From: Candidatus Saccharimonadota bacterium | GTDB taxonomy: Bacteria; Patescibacteriota; Saccharimonadia; Saccharimonadales; UBA4665 | DNA length: 32,000 nt | Assembly: GCA_003516025.1 (NCBI GenBank) | Contig: CP023991.1 | Span: 360,001-392,000, forward strand | Direction: 5' to 3' | Shown here: positions 1 through 10,513 of the stretch, in pieces | How the letters are laid out: each line of letters starts with the position of its first letter | Position numbering within the stretch: the stretch's first letter is position 1 | Program-made: the position numbers and the translations under genes | Notes under the pieces: model-generated | What the model was told of the DNA's origin: nothing | Databases searched by the model: none | Seen by the model: only the letters and a program-made list of their open reading frames with translations

Positions 1-1
1 G

Positions 2-2821
2 TTGATGAGTTCAGGCAATATTGTTGTAAAAGGGGCCCGCGAGCATAACCTCAAGGATATTGATGTTACGATTCCGCGCGAAAAATTAGTGGTTATAACG
101 GGTTTGTCCGGTTCCGGCAAGTCTAGCTTGGCGTTTGATACCATTTATGCCGAAGGCCAGCGCCGCTACGTTGAATCGCTCAGCTCGTACGCTCGCCAGT
201 TCCTAGGGCTCATGGAAAAACCGGACGTCGACCAGATTGATGGCCTCAGCCCGGCTATTTCTATCGACCAGAAATCAACCTCCCGCAACCCACGTTCAAC
301 TGTTGCAACCGTAACGGAAATTTATGACTATCTCCGGCTGCTGTTCGCCCGCGTTGGCGTGCCGCATTGTCCGATTGATGGCCGGGCGGTTACCCGCCAG
401 ACGTCAAATGCCATCGTAGATCAGGTTATGGCCTTGCCGGCTGATGCCCGCCTGATGATCCTGTCGCCAGTCGTAATCGACAAAAAAGGCCAGTTCGAGC
501 ACATTCCCGAACAGTTTACCCGGGCCGGTTTTGCCCGTGCCCGCGTTGACGGCGTTGTCTATGCCTTGGATGAATTCCCGGCACTTGATAAGAATTACAA
601 GCATAATATCGACATTGTGGTTGACCGCCTGGTTAACGATGAAGACAGCCGAACCCGCTTGTCGCAGTCCGTCGAACAGGCGCTCGACGTGTCCGAAGGC
701 CGCCTGGCGGTCGTAAATGCGGACACTAACGAAGAATTTAGTTACAGCCTGATGTACGCCTGCCCGGAACACCCGGAGCTGAAGATTCCTGACCTGGAAC
801 CACGGACCTTCAGCTTTAACTCGCCGCACGGTGCCTGCCCGGTTTGCACCGGCCTTGGATCCCGCATGGAAGTTGATCCTGAACTGGTGATTCCGAATGG
901 TAAATTGACAATCGCCGAAGGTGCTATCCGCCCGTATAACCGCATTAATGTCGATAACTGGTATATGAAGAAATTACAGGTAGTTTCTGAGCATTATGGC
1001 TTTAGCCTGCATGTGCCGACCGGACAATTGAGCAAAGAAAACCTGGACCGTATTCTGTATGGCACCGGTGATCAGACGTATAAGATCAAGATTGGTGCCG
1101 GCCGCTCGTTTAACAGTGTTTACGAAGGGGTCATTCCAAACCTGGAGCGCCGCCACAAGGAAACCGACAGCGAGTTTATCCGCCGAGACATTGAGCGCTT
1201 CATGCAAGAAAGGCCCTGCTTTAAATGTAAGGGTCTCCGCCTGCGCCCTGAAGTACTGGCAATTACGCTGCATGGCAAATCAATTATGGATGTCTGTAGC
1301 TTGTCGATTGATGACGCCCTCGGCTGGATGGACGAGCTCAGCCTGAGTGATCAGGAAAAACACATCGCCGAGCTCATTCTGAAAGAAATCCACGCCCGGC
1401 TGCGCTTTTTGAAGGACGTGGGCCTGAACTACTTAACGCTACTTCGTTCCGCGACTACTTTAAGTGGCGGTGAGGCTCAGCGTATCCGTTTAGCGACCCA
1501 AATTGGCTCCGGACTTATGGGCGTGCTCTATGTGCTTGACGAGCCGTCGATTGGTCTCCATCAGCGTGATAATGACCGTTTAATCGCGACGCTTAAGCAC
1601 CTTCGTGATCTCGGCAACACCGTTTTGGTGGTCGAGCATGACGAAGACACCATTCGCACCGCGGACTACTTGCTGGACATTGGTCCGGGTGCCGGTATCC
1701 ATGGCGGACATGTTATTGCCGCCGGTACGCCGGATGAAGTCGCCAGTAACCCTAAAAGCATTACCGGCCAGTACCTGTCGGAAACCAAAGTTATTCCCGT
1801 ACCGAAAAAGCGCCGGCCGGGCAATGGCAAGGAACTGGTGATCCGCGGCGCCCGTGAAAACAATCTGCAAAACGTCGATGTCACCATTCCGCTTGGTAAA
1901 ATGGTGGTCGTTTCCGGTGTTTCGGGTTCGGGCAAGTCGAGCTTGATTAATGATATTCTGGCTAAAGAATTGTTAGCCCGCCTGCACCGCGCCAACACCG
2001 TACCGGGCCGCCATGATGATATCGAAGGTATCAAACAGCTCGATAAGGCTATCATCATCGATCAAAGCCCGATCGGCCGTACGCCGCGGTCCAACCCTGC
2101 TACCTATACCGGTTTGTTCACGCCTATCCGCGAACTATTCGCCAGTACTCCGGAAGCAAAACTCCGCGGTTACGCTGCCGGACGCTTCAGTTTTAACGTT
2201 AAAGGTGGACGCTGTGAAAACTGTGCCGGTGACGGCATCATTAAAATTGAGATGCACTTTTTGCCGGACGTCTACGTCCCGTGTGAAGTTTGCCATGGTA
2301 AGCGCTACAACCGCGAAGCTTTGGAAATCCATTTTAAGGGTAAGACCATATCCGACGTCCTGGAAATGACCTGTGAGCAGGCCTTGGAATTTTTTGAAAA
2401 CATCCCCGGTATCGCCCGCAAGCTACAGACGTTAGTTGATGTCGGCCTTGGCTACATCGGTCTCGGCCAATCGGCTACCACGCTGAGCGGTGGTGAAGCC
2501 CAGCGTATTAAATTGGCGACCGAACTCAGTCGCCGCCCAACCGGTAAGACGCTGTACATCCTTGACGAACCGACTACCGGCCTGCATATGGCAGATGTCG
2601 ATAAGCTACTACACATGCTACACGCCCTGGTTGAAGCTGGTAACAGCATGGTCATCATTGAGCACAACCTGGACGTCATCAAAAACGCCGACTGGGTTAT
2701 CGATATGGGTCCTGAAGGGGGCGCTGGCGGTGGCCGGGTGATGGGCGAGGGAACTCCTGAGCAGATCGCTAAGATTGCTGATAGTTACACCGGCCAGTTC
2801 CTTAAGCGTATGCTAAAATAA
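2..2821 (+). CDS. uvrA: Excinuclease ABC subunit A (UvrA)
   Basis: 939-aa [11 protein letters not shown] box, Walker [15 protein letters not shown] and [10 protein letters not shown], two LSGGEAQRI(R/K)LA ABC signatures, CxxC zinc-finger pairs. Start is TTG at 2 or ATG at 5. Confidence 0.97.
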   Translation: MMSSGNIVVKGAREHNLKDIDVTIPREKLVVITGLSGSGKSSLAFDTIYAEGQRRYVESLSSYARQFLGLMEKPDVDQIDGLSPAISIDQKSTSRNPRSTVATVTEIYDYLRLLFARVGVPHCPIDGRAVTRQTSNAIVDQVMALPADARLMILSPVVIDKKGQFEHIPEQFTRAGFARARVDGVVYALDEFPALDKNYKHNIDIVVDRLVNDEDSRTRLSQSVEQALDVSEGRLAVVNADTNEEFSYSLMYACPEHPELKIPDLEPRTFSFNSPHGACPVCTGLGSRMEVDPELVIPNGKLTIAEGAIRPYNRINVDNWYMKKLQVVSEHYGFSLHVPTGQLSKENLDRILYGTGDQTYKIKIGAGRSFNSVYEGVIPNLERRHKETDSEFIRRDIERFMQERPCFKCKGLRLRPEVLAITLHGKSIMDVCSLSIDDALGWMDELSLSDQEKHIAELILKEIHARLRFLKDVGLNYLTLLRSATTLSGGEAQRIRLATQIGSGLMGVLYVLDEPSIGLHQRDNDRLIATLKHLRDLGNTVLVVEHDEDTIRTADYLLDIGPGAGIHGGHVIAAGTPDEVASNPKSITGQYLSETKVIPVPKKRRPGNGKELVIRGARENNLQNVDVTIPLGKMVVVSGVSGSGKSSLINDILAKELLARLHRANTVPGRHDDIEGIKQLDKAIIIDQSPIGRTPRSNPATYTGLFTPIRELFASTPEAKLRGYAAGRFSFNVKGGRCENCAGDGIIKIEMHFLPDVYVPCEVCHGKRYNREALEIHFKGKTISDVLEMTCEQALEFFENIPGIARKLQTLVDVGLGYIGLGQSATTLSGGEAQRIKLATELSRRPTGKTLYILDEPTTGLHMADVDKLLHMLHALVEAGNSMVIIEHNLDVIKNADWVIDMGPEGGAGGGRVMGEGTPEQIAKIADSYTGQFLKRMLK

Positions 2822-2865
2822 TACGAAAAGTTTTAACGGTACGAGCCTGCCTGGTATAAACGCTG

Positions 2866-3489
2866 CTATTTAGTGCGGCGGAATTTGCTGGTAACAGCGG
2901 CGCGGATTTTAGGATCTTTGAAGGCGTGATATAGCGTCGGGGCCATGAAAATGATGATTATTCCCAGCAATAGCGGTTCAATATACTTTTCAACGCCGGG
3001 AATCTTACTGCCAATAAAATAGCCGATGCAGGTAATGCTGACTGCCCAGGCGATGTCACCGATGGCGTCGTAAATCATAAATTGTTTGAGGGGCATTTTG
3101 CCGGCACCGGCGGTTACGGGCGCGAAAGTACGAACAATCGGGACGAAGTGGGCTACCAGCATGGTTTTGCTGCCATACTTTTCGTAAAACACTTCTGCTT
3201 TTTCAATGTAATCTTTGCGGAATATCAAGCTGTCGGGCTTACGGAACAGGCGCGGCCCCAGGCGGCTTCCGATATGGTAGCCGATGTTGTCGCCAAGAAT
3301 AGCGGCTCCGGCAATGACTGCGATTGTGAGCGGCAGATTAAGCGTGCCGCTGGCCGCTAGGATGCCCGCACTAAAGAGCAGCGTATCACCAGGGAAAAAG
3401 AAACCGACCATCATGCCGGATTCGGCAAAGATGATAGCTGCTATCAAAAACAGGCCGCCGGCTTCTACAAGATGGGTTACGTCGAACAT
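2866..3489 (-). CDS. DedA/SNARE-associated family membrane protein
   Basis: 207-aa polytopic ORF with a DedA-like core (FFPGDTLLFSAGILAA ... VAHFVPIVRTFAPVTAGAGKM). Confidence 0.88.
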   Translation of the reverse strand: MFDVTHLVEAGGLFLIAAIIFAESGMMVGFFFPGDTLLFSAGILAASGTLNLPLTIAVIAGAAILGDNIGYHIGSRLGPRLFRKPDSLIFRKDYIEKAEVFYEKYGSKTMLVAHFVPIVRTFAPVTAGAGKMPLKQFMIYDAIGDIAWAVSITCIGYFIGSKIPGVEKYIEPLLLGIIIIFMAPTLYHAFKDPKIRAAVTSKFRRTK

Positions 3490-3521
3490 ATACAGTAAGC
3501 GTACCAGTATCCAGGATTATT

Positions 3522-3530
3522 TGCTATACT
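3522..3530 (+). promoter_or_regulatory. Candidate extended -10 promoter element (TGCTATACT) for the L25 gene
   Basis: TGnTATAnT-type box 46 nt upstream of the ATG at 3576. The same TGCTA-type box recurs upstream of two other backbone genes. Confidence 0.4.
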
Positions 3531-3575
3531 ATAAGAACGTACAAATTATGTATTGTCAAGAAAGGACCACGAGAT

Positions 3576-4298
3576 ATGGCACAAGACAAGATTGCGCTCA
3601 CAGTAGAACCCCGTACCGTTACCGGTCGAGGCGTTAAGGGACTTCGCACCCAGGGTATCATTCCTGCGGTCATTCATGACCACGGTAAAGAATCTATATT
3701 GGTACAGGGCGACCAGCGCGTCCTGCTTAAGGCTTACATGGCTGCCGGTAAGCACCATGCTATCGCCCTGAAAGCTGGTACAAAAAACTATACCGCAATG
3801 ATTAAAGACGCAGTATTTGAACCAAAGAAGCACATGCTAACCCATGTTGTATTCGGAGCAGTATCGGCTACCGAAAAGATTGATGCTGAAATTCCTGTAC
3901 ATGCTGCTTACGCTGAAGGCAATGACGCTTCGCCTGCCGAACGCGCCGGATATATTGTTATCAGCAACGTTTCATTCGTGGTTGTTGAAGCTACTGCTAC
4001 CAACCTGCCTGACGTACTGACCTACGACGCAGAAAAGCTGGTAAATGTCGGTGACCACATTACTGTTGGTGAACTGACCGCTCCACAAGGCGTTGACATT
4101 AAGACCGAGCCGGAAACTGTCATCGCGACTGTCTACGAGCCAAGTGCCGTGGCTGCCGCTAACGACGCTGCCGGCGGTGATGCCGACGAGGACGCTACTC
4201 CAGAGACTGACAATGGCTCTCCTGAAGACGACAAAGATACGCAGGACGCTGAAAACCAGCCCGGTGGCAAAGCCGGCGCCCAAGCTAAGGGTGAATAG
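3576..4298 (+). CDS. rplY: 50S ribosomal protein L25 / general stress protein Ctc, with acidic C-terminal extension
   Basis: 240-aa ORF. N-terminal L25 pattern (LTVEPRTVTGRGVKGLRTQGIIPAVIH), Ctc-type second domain, D/E/A-rich tail. AAAGGA lies upstream of the ATG. Confidence 0.9.
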   Translation: MAQDKIALTVEPRTVTGRGVKGLRTQGIIPAVIHDHGKESILVQGDQRVLLKAYMAAGKHHAIALKAGTKNYTAMIKDAVFEPKKHMLTHVVFGAVSATEKIDAEIPVHAAYAEGNDASPAERAGYIVISNVSFVVVEATATNLPDVLTYDAEKLVNVGDHITVGELTAPQGVDIKTEPETVIATVYEPSAVAAANDAAGGDADEDATPETDNGSPEDDKDTQDAENQPGGKAGAQAKGE

Positions 4299-4341
4299 TC
4301 TACAGTTTTCACAGAACATTTCACAAGGCTTTTCACAGAGC

Positions 4342-4371
4342 AAAAACCGCAGTACGAACACTGCGGTTTTT
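4342..4371. terminator. Bidirectional rho-independent terminator between convergent rplY and the ABC exporter
   Basis: AAAAA-CCGCAGT-acgaac-ACTGCGG-TTTTT: a 7-bp GC-rich stem flanked by an A-run and a T-run. Confidence 0.75.
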
Positions 4372-4388
4372 GCATTTCACGGAGACTG

Positions 4389-6164
4389 TTAGTCCTCCAT
4401 GAAACCGCCGCTTTGGCGCTCCCAAAGTTTAGCGTAATTACCGCCGGCGCGGATCAATTCCTTATGGCTGCCTTCCTCGACAATCTTACCGTCATCCAGC
4501 ACGATGATGCGGTCCATTTTCTGAATAGTGCTGAGGCGGTGGGCAATGACAATAGCAGTGCGGCCTTCCATTAACTTCCAAAGCGCCTGCTGAATGAGGC
4601 CTTCACTTTCGCTGTCCAGAGCGCTGGTAGCTTCATCGAGCACCAGTATAGGGGCGTTCTTGAGCATGGCCCGGGCAATGGCAATCCGCTGGCGCTGACC
4701 GCCGGATAATTTAACGCCGCGTTCGCCGACCAGCGTTCCGTAACCGTCCTGTAGTCCGTCGATGAATTCGGCGGCGTGGGCGTCGCGGGCAATAGCGGCG
4801 ATTTCTTCTTTAGTTGCTTCAGGACGGCCGTAAGCGATGTTTTCGGCAATGGTGCGGTGAAACAATAGTGGTTCCTGTGGCACATAGGCGATGTGGCGAT
4901 GCAGGTCATCTTGCGTAATGCTGGCAATATTTTGGTTGTCGATTAAGATTTGTCCCGAGTCGACGTCAGAGAAGCGCAGTAGTATGCGGGTAAGCGTGGT
5001 CTTACCGGAACCGGAGTGGCCTACCAGGCCGACTTTTTCACCGGGTTTGATGCGCAGCTTGAGGTGTTCGAAAATGGCATCATCGGAGCCTTTGTGGCTG
5101 AACGTGACGTCTTTAAAAGTAATGGCACCGCGATGAATGCTAACCGGCTCAGGCTTAACAGGATCCTGGATTTCCGGCTTCTGGCCTAATATATTGACCA
5201 TTTCACGGGCATCGCCGAAGGCCCGGTTGTAGTTGCGCAGCGCGTTGTTACTGAAGGCGAACAGTGCGTCAACAATGCTAGCCGTATAGCTTAATATCAG
5301 GAATACCGTAGCGATATTGGCGTTGAAAAAGACAATGGTAACGACGGCAGCAAACAAGGCCAAGCTGGATATCGACCGGCTCAGGATGCCAAGGACGTTC
5401 ATCTGGCGGCGGTGGACGCGCGCGAATTCAGCCAGGCTACGGCGGGTGGTAATGGTAGCGTCATGGAAACGGTCATGCTCGTATTTGCCGCGGGCAAAAC
5501 TCTTAATGACCATGACGTTGCTGATGGCATCGGCTAAGTAACCGGTCTGACGGCTTTCATTAGCGGAGTGGGCGGCGCTCTTAATCCGGACCGGCCGAGC
5601 AATAAGCAGTGATGTAATGATGAACGTCGCTGAAAAAATCAGCAGGCCGGCAACGTATAGCGGGGCTTTGCCGATTAAAATCACCGAGGTGGCAACAATT
5701 CCGATCAGTAACGGATAGACTTGAAATATAGTCGTATCGGCCACCCGGATGTAGCCGCCAAGCAGTTTATTGGCCTGGGATACCAGTGAACCGCTGAAGT
5801 TGTTAGCGTGGAAGTCGGCGCTTTGGTCGAGCATGTGGTCGAATACCTCCTCGGCCATATGCTGTTGCGTGCGCATTTCCAGCTGCCAGGCAAACCAGTC
5901 GACGAGCCGCCATGCCAAAATGCCGCTGATGAGAACCACGGCATACAGGACCAGATCGTTGCCAAAGCTTTGCCACAACTGACCAGAAGTGTAATGGTGC
6001 TGATTAAGCTTATTGAGAACATGAGCCAGGATGAGTGGCGGAATATAGTTATTAATTGTTACCGTGATTGGCACGCTAACGAGCAGTCCGGCGAGGTAAC
6101 GCGGATAACGGCGTGCTTGACGCGTGTAATACGCGGCGACTTGATTGGTGTTTTGCTTTTGCAT
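4389..6164 (-). CDS. ABC transporter, fused permease/ATP-binding protein (MsbA/multidrug-exporter type)
   Basis: 591-aa ORF. N-terminal 6-TM exporter domain, Walker A GHSGSGKTT, signature LSGGQRQRIAIARA, Walker B ILVLDEATSALD. Confidence 0.93.
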   Translation of the reverse strand: MQKQNTNQVAAYYTRQARRYPRYLAGLLVSVPITVTINNYIPPLILAHVLNKLNQHHYTSGQLWQSFGNDLVLYAVVLISGILAWRLVDWFAWQLEMRTQQHMAEEVFDHMLDQSADFHANNFSGSLVSQANKLLGGYIRVADTTIFQVYPLLIGIVATSVILIGKAPLYVAGLLIFSATFIITSLLIARPVRIKSAAHSANESRQTGYLADAISNVMVIKSFARGKYEHDRFHDATITTRRSLAEFARVHRRQMNVLGILSRSISSLALFAAVVTIVFFNANIATVFLILSYTASIVDALFAFSNNALRNYNRAFGDAREMVNILGQKPEIQDPVKPEPVSIHRGAITFKDVTFSHKGSDDAIFEHLKLRIKPGEKVGLVGHSGSGKTTLTRILLRFSDVDSGQILIDNQNIASITQDDLHRHIAYVPQEPLLFHRTIAENIAYGRPEATKEEIAAIARDAHAAEFIDGLQDGYGTLVGERGVKLSGGQRQRIAIARAMLKNAPILVLDEATSALDSESEGLIQQALWKLMEGRTAIVIAHRLSTIQKMDRIIVLDDGKIVEEGSHKELIRAGGNYAKLWERQSGGFMED

Positions 6165-6387
6165 GGCACACTGCCTCCTGCAGTATGAATAATAATTTTT
6201 AAATGATTACGAAGAGACGGTTAGCGCTGCTTGGAAGCGGCAGAGACTGTCATTTCGAGGATATAACTGATGAACATTCGTGCCGCTCCTATTACTGTCC
6301 GGAGACAATTGCTAAATAATACAGTTAATCTTATAATACTTAATTTGGAAAAGCAAACCCTTTTCGCTTACACTACTACATATATCT

Positions 6388-8070
6388 ATGACAGAGTTCT
6401 ATCGCTCGCCAACTGAAACCAGCACTGAGACTACGACCGAAGATTCGGACGAGAAGTCGTCATCTAAAAAATCAAAGAAAAAAACCCTCGCGGTCGGTTC
6501 TTTAGGCGAGTTATCGGCAACCGGCCTCTTGGAGCAGCCAAAAGAGTCTAAACCGGCTCCGCGTATCGAGCTGTTGTTTGACCGCTTGCGCGAAGAAGCC
6601 GGCCAAAAACCGGACAAGTCTGAAGAATCGAAAGAGTCTCCGGCAGTTACTGCCGAGGCTGCTGAAACCGCTGACGTGGAGGTGCTGAGTCCGGAGGAAG
6701 AACGTGAGGTTATCAAGCAGTATGTCGAGGTGGCAAAACAGGAACTGCAAGCCGACATAGCAGCCGGAGACGCCGAAGCAGCGGCCGACGCCGCCTTACT
6801 TGAAGCTGTCGAAGTGAAAATGGCTGAAAATCCTGATATGCCCGTCGCTGAACTGCTTGATGAGGCCGAAGCGGAAATGGTTGAACGTATTGACGGCGAA
6901 GTGGAAAAATCCAGTGAGATCGCGCCTGAAGCCGGTAACGGCGAGCCCGAAGATGAAGAGGCATGGGCCAGCGGCGGTGCCGGCAATGGCGCGGAGCCGC
7001 CAATAAGTTCCAACGGCGGCGCGGCTGGAAGTGCAGGCGGCGGAGTGCCTCCCCGCGGGCCAGTCTATGATGGTGGCTCATCCGGTTTCTTTTCACCGGG
7101 CTATGCTCCTGGAACAACCTATAACACCGCGCCGGCCGGTACGTCGGTAGAAGCTCCTACGCAGGACATTACGGCTGAGCGCCGGGCGATGGCCCAGGGC
7201 GTGCTGGCAGGGGGTATCGTCGGCTACTTAGTGGGCCGCCGACGCGGCCGTATTAAGACCGAAAAACGCCTGCTGCCAATACAGCAGAAACTGGAAAAAC
7301 AGGTCGCCACGCTCCAGTCCGCTGTCGCGGCTAAAGAGCAGATAATCCGCCAGCGGGTGGCTGAAAAACGTCAGGCTTTGCCGACACCGGCCGAGCAGGC
7401 TCGTTTCGGGAATAGGCTGGCTACTCCAAGGGCTGAGGCGGTCCGTCCGGCAGCGCGGTCTTTTGCTGAAAGACGGCCGGTAGAACGGTTTAGGGGCGGT
7501 ATCATCGAAGCGCCGGCTGTTATTCTGGGCGCCGCCGCGGTGCTTCGCCCCGAACGAAGGACACAGGCGGCACGACCGGAACGTCCGGCCATCGACTTTT
7601 CGAAAAATGTTGAGACGTACTCTAAGCAGGAGCTTTCCCGGGCGGCTGAAAAGATTACAATCCAGGGCACGTCACTCAAGGAACTTGGCCAAGCTCATAA
7701 TCTCGATGAACGGGCGATTCGCCGGGTAGTCAATGAATTCGTAAAGGGTGGTAACGTCGCCGAAGCGCTCAACCGAGAAATGATTGTTAAGGAAAGCCGT
7801 TTCGAGCGTGATCCGAACTTGCGGCAAGCTGCTTCAGGTGGCACGGTAGACGCTGAAAATCCGGGAACTGCAGCCGGAGGTGTGGCTGGATCTGTTTTTG
7901 GTAACAATGGCAGCAGCGGCACGGATAAGGAGCGGGCAAGTAACACCACTAAACCGGCTCTCAGCGACGCGGCACTGGCTCAGATCCGCCGGCAACAAAC
8001 TATGCAGGTCGGTTTGGCGAGCGTGGGCATAATCCTCTTCTTTATTGTTGTCGTGGCACTACTCGTATAA
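6388..8070 (+). CDS. Hypothetical acidic, Ala/Glu-rich low-complexity protein with an internal and a C-terminal TM segment
   Basis: 560-aa ORF. Long E/A/D/S-rich N-terminal half, G/P-rich segment, TM-like GVLAGGIVGYLVG followed by RRRGR, C-terminal anchor VGLASVGIILFFIVVVALLV. I recognise no family. Confidence 0.6.
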   Translation: MTEFYRSPTETSTETTTEDSDEKSSSKKSKKKTLAVGSLGELSATGLLEQPKESKPAPRIELLFDRLREEAGQKPDKSEESKESPAVTAEAAETADVEVLSPEEEREVIKQYVEVAKQELQADIAAGDAEAAADAALLEAVEVKMAENPDMPVAELLDEAEAEMVERIDGEVEKSSEIAPEAGNGEPEDEEAWASGGAGNGAEPPISSNGGAAGSAGGGVPPRGPVYDGGSSGFFSPGYAPGTTYNTAPAGTSVEAPTQDITAERRAMAQGVLAGGIVGYLVGRRRGRIKTEKRLLPIQQKLEKQVATLQSAVAAKEQIIRQRVAEKRQALPTPAEQARFGNRLATPRAEAVRPAARSFAERRPVERFRGGIIEAPAVILGAAAVLRPERRTQAARPERPAIDFSKNVETYSKQELSRAAEKITIQGTSLKELGQAHNLDERAIRRVVNEFVKGGNVAEALNREMIVKESRFERDPNLRQAASGGTVDAENPGTAAGGVAGSVFGNNGSSGTDKERASNTTKPALSDAALAQIRRQQTMQVGLASVGIILFFIVVVALLV

Positions 8071-8085
8071 GCCAGTCAATCGTTG

Positions 8086-8091
8086 TATAAT
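8086..8091 (+). promoter_or_regulatory. Candidate -10 box (TATAAT within GTATAATAGT), 9 nt before the trhO ATG
   Basis: The exact 10-mer GTATAATAGT also lies upstream of uvrC at 9011-9020. Its closeness to the start codon implies a leaderless or near-leaderless mRNA. Confidence 0.4.
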
Positions 8092-8100
8092 AGTCGGGTT

Positions 8101-8991
8101 ATGCAGAAGATTATCCTTTATTATAAATTCGCTCCCATCAACGATCCGGAAGCGGTCCGTTTATGGCAGAAAACACTGTGCATTGCCCATAATCTCACGG
8201 GCCGTATATTAATTTCCAAACACGGAATTAACGGCACGTTGGGCGGTGATATTGAGGATCTCAAAGCTTATGTTAAAGAAACAAAGAATTATGCCGGCTT
8301 CAAAGGCACGCAGTTCAAATGGAGCGATGGCGGGCGCGAAAATTTCCCGAAACTATCAGTCAAAGTCCGCGATGAAATTGTGTCGTTCGGCGCGGCTGAA
8401 GAGCTGAAAGTAGATGAAAATGGCGTCGTTGGCGGCGGTACGCACCTGAAACCGGAAGAAGTCCACGAACTGGTCCAACAGCGTGACGATGTGGTGTTTT
8501 TTGATGGCCGCAACGCCTACGAGGCAAAAGTCGGTAAATTTAAAGACGCCATTGTTCCTGACGCCCGGACAAGCAAAGATTTCCTGAGCGAGCTCGACAG
8601 CGACAAATATGATGATATTAAAGATAAGCCGGTCGTAACCTATTGTACTGGTGGAATCCGCTGCGAAATCCTGAGCAGTCTTATGAAAAACCGCGGTTTT
8701 AAAGAGGTGTATCAAATGGATGGCGGTATCGTAAAATATGGTGAAAAATACGCTGATGATGGTCTGTGGGAAGGTTCGTTGTACGTATTCGACGACCGGA
8801 TGGGTGTCAAGTTTTCCGACAAGGCCAAAGATATTGGCGACTGCGCGCACTGCGGCGGCAAGACGAGCCGCTACACTAACTGCGCTAATCTGACCTGCAA
8901 TGACCTAATCGTGGTGTGCGAAAATTGCGCTGAAAAAACACTGTGCCCTAACTGCGTTAAACTGCCCGCGTCCGAGCTGGCTACCGCTTAG
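8101..8991 (+). CDS. trhO: Rhodanese-domain protein of the UPF0176/YceA family (tRNA U34 hydroxylase TrhO-like)
   Basis: N-terminal ILYYKF...[16 protein letters not shown] pattern, rhodanese active-site loop [10 protein letters not shown]-terminal Cys-rich tail. The ORF track starts at TTG 8083; I prefer ATG 8101 because the TATAAT box overlaps 8086-8091. Confidence 0.85.
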   Translation: MQKIILYYKFAPINDPEAVRLWQKTLCIAHNLTGRILISKHGINGTLGGDIEDLKAYVKETKNYAGFKGTQFKWSDGGRENFPKLSVKVRDEIVSFGAAEELKVDENGVVGGGTHLKPEEVHELVQQRDDVVFFDGRNAYEAKVGKFKDAIVPDARTSKDFLSELDSDKYDDIKDKPVVTYCTGGIRCEILSSLMKNRGFKEVYQMDGGIVKYGEKYADDGLWEGSLYVFDDRMGVKFSDKAKDIGDCAHCGGKTSRYTNCANLTCNDLIVVCENCAEKTLCPNCVKLPASELATA

Positions 8992-9011
8992 CTTTCAACT
9001 CCGGTCAGGCG

Positions 9012-9017
9012 TATAAT
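9012..9017 (+). promoter_or_regulatory. Candidate -10 box (TATAAT within GTATAATAGT), 8 nt before the uvrC ATG
   Basis: Same 10-mer as upstream of trhO. No Shine-Dalgarno sequence fits between the box and the ATG at 9026. Confidence 0.4.
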
Positions 9018-9025
9018 AGTTATGA

Positions 9026-10513
9026 ATGAACGCTGTACTGGAACAAAAACTTACGGAGCTCCCGCGCTCGCCGGGTGTCTATTTTCATAAGGACGCCGCC
9101 GGTGAGATTATTTATGTCGGTAAAGCGGCGGTGCTGCGTAACCGTGTGCGCCAGTATTTTCAAAAAAGCCGCAACCGCGACGTTAAAACCGATGCTCTGG
9201 TACGGGAAATTGCTGATACCGACTGGATGGTAGTCGAGAGTGAAATTGAAGCCCTGTTCCTGGAAGCTGAGATGATCCGCCGCTATATGCCGCGCTACAA
9301 CATACTTTTGCGCGACGACAAGGCCATGGCTTATATCCGGATTGATTACGATAGTGACTATCCTACGGTGAGCACTACCAGGCGGCCACTCGACGACGGC
9401 GCGCGCTACTATGGGCCGTATCCAAGTTTGACCAGCGTGCGAGTGGCACTCAAACTGCTGCGCCGCATTTTTCCGTATGCCACCCGGCAGCTGGCGGGGC
9501 AGAAACGGGCGACACTGCACTACCATTTGGGCTTGGATCCGGGCCTGGAGGAAGGCCGCACAACACTGGAAGACTACCGCTCGAATCTGCGTAAACTGAT
9601 GGCCTATATCGAGGGCAAACGCGTAACAATCATCCGCGAGCTGGAGCAGGAAATGAAGGCAGCCGCCAGACAGCAGAACTTCGAGGAAGCCGCTCACGTC
9701 CGTAACCGTTTAACCGCGCTGCAAAATTTGAATAAGCAGGTTATCTTTAGTGATAAAGAGTTTATGGATATATCAAAAGACCATGCTTTGAACGAGCTGG
9801 TTGACCTGCTGGGGCTGGGCACGTTCCCGCAGCGGATCGAAGGATACGACATTTCCCATATGTCCGGCACTGATGTGGTGGCCAGTATGGTGGTGTTTAC
9901 GAACGGCGTCAGCGACAAGGCTGAATACCGTAAGTTTAAGACGAAAAAAGACCACAACAACGACTTTTATAACATGCACGAAACGCTCAGCCGGCGGTTA
10001 AGTGATAAAAATATCAAAGCCTGGGGCCGGCCAAGTCTGGTGTTGATTGACGGTGGCAAAGGCCAGTTAGATGCGGCAATTAGGGCCCGGGAAGAGCAGG
10101 GCCGGCACCTGATTCCGTTTATTGGTCTGGCGAAGCGCGAAGAAGAAATTGTGATTCATAAAGAGCTGTCCAACGTTACCTTAAACATGGAGATATTACA
10201 CAAACTGCATGGTTTTACGACGGAGAGCGATGATTTTATATCGGTGCATCTGCCGCACAATACCAACTTGGTCAAGCTGCTGCAGCGTATCCGTGATGAA
10301 TCGCACCGCTTCGCCGTTAGCTACCACTCGGTATTGCGGCAGAAACGCCAAACTGCCAGTATTTTGGAAGAAATTCCGGGGTTTGGACCGGCTACCCGCA
10401 AAAAACTGCTCAAGGAATTCGGCAGTGTCAAGGGTATTAAAGAAGCCAACCAGTTCGCGGTGGAACAGTCGATAGGCGCTAAAAAAGCGGCAGTACTACG
10501 CAAGTACTTGTAG
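9026..10513 (+). CDS. uvrC: Excinuclease ABC subunit C (UvrC), short form
   Basis: 495-aa ORF. GIY-YIG motif (PGVYFHKD..GEIIYVGKA...LRNRV), UVR domain (FEEAAHVRNRLTALQ), RNase-H-like endonuclease domain, C-terminal HhH (IPGFGPATRKKLLKEFGS). Confidence 0.95.
   Translation: MNAVLEQKLTELPRSPGVYFHKDAAGEIIYVGKAAVLRNRVRQYFQKSRNRDVKTDALVREIADTDWMVVESEIEALFLEAEMIRRYMPRYNILLRDDKAMAYIRIDYDSDYPTVSTTRRPLDDGARYYGPYPSLTSVRVALKLLRRIFPYATRQLAGQKRATLHYHLGLDPGLEEGRTTLEDYRSNLRKLMAYIEGKRVTIIRELEQEMKAAARQQNFEEAAHVRNRLTALQNLNKQVIFSDKEFMDISKDHALNELVDLLGLGTFPQRIEGYDISHMSGTDVVASMVVFTNGVSDKAEYRKFKTKKDHNNDFYNMHETLSRRLSDKNIKAWGRPSLVLIDGGKGQLDAAIRAREEQGRHLIPFIGLAKREEEIVIHKELSNVTLNMEILHKLHGFTTESDDFISVHLPHNTNLVKLLQRIRDESHRFAVSYHSVLRQKRQTASILEEIPGFGPATRKKLLKEFGSVKGIKEANQFAVEQSIGAKKAAVLRKYL

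Noticed and set aside
6399-7013. 204-aa minus-strand ORF, and 6713-7117(-), opposite the acidic 560-aa gene.
   Set aside because: It is the antisense shadow of a GA-rich, codon-biased low-complexity region. The translation is a Ser/Ala-rich string with no start context.
9020-9697. 225-aa minus-strand ORF overlapping the 5' half of uvrC.
   Set aside because: uvrC on the plus strand has unambiguous GIY-YIG and UVR motifs. The antisense product has no recognisable features.
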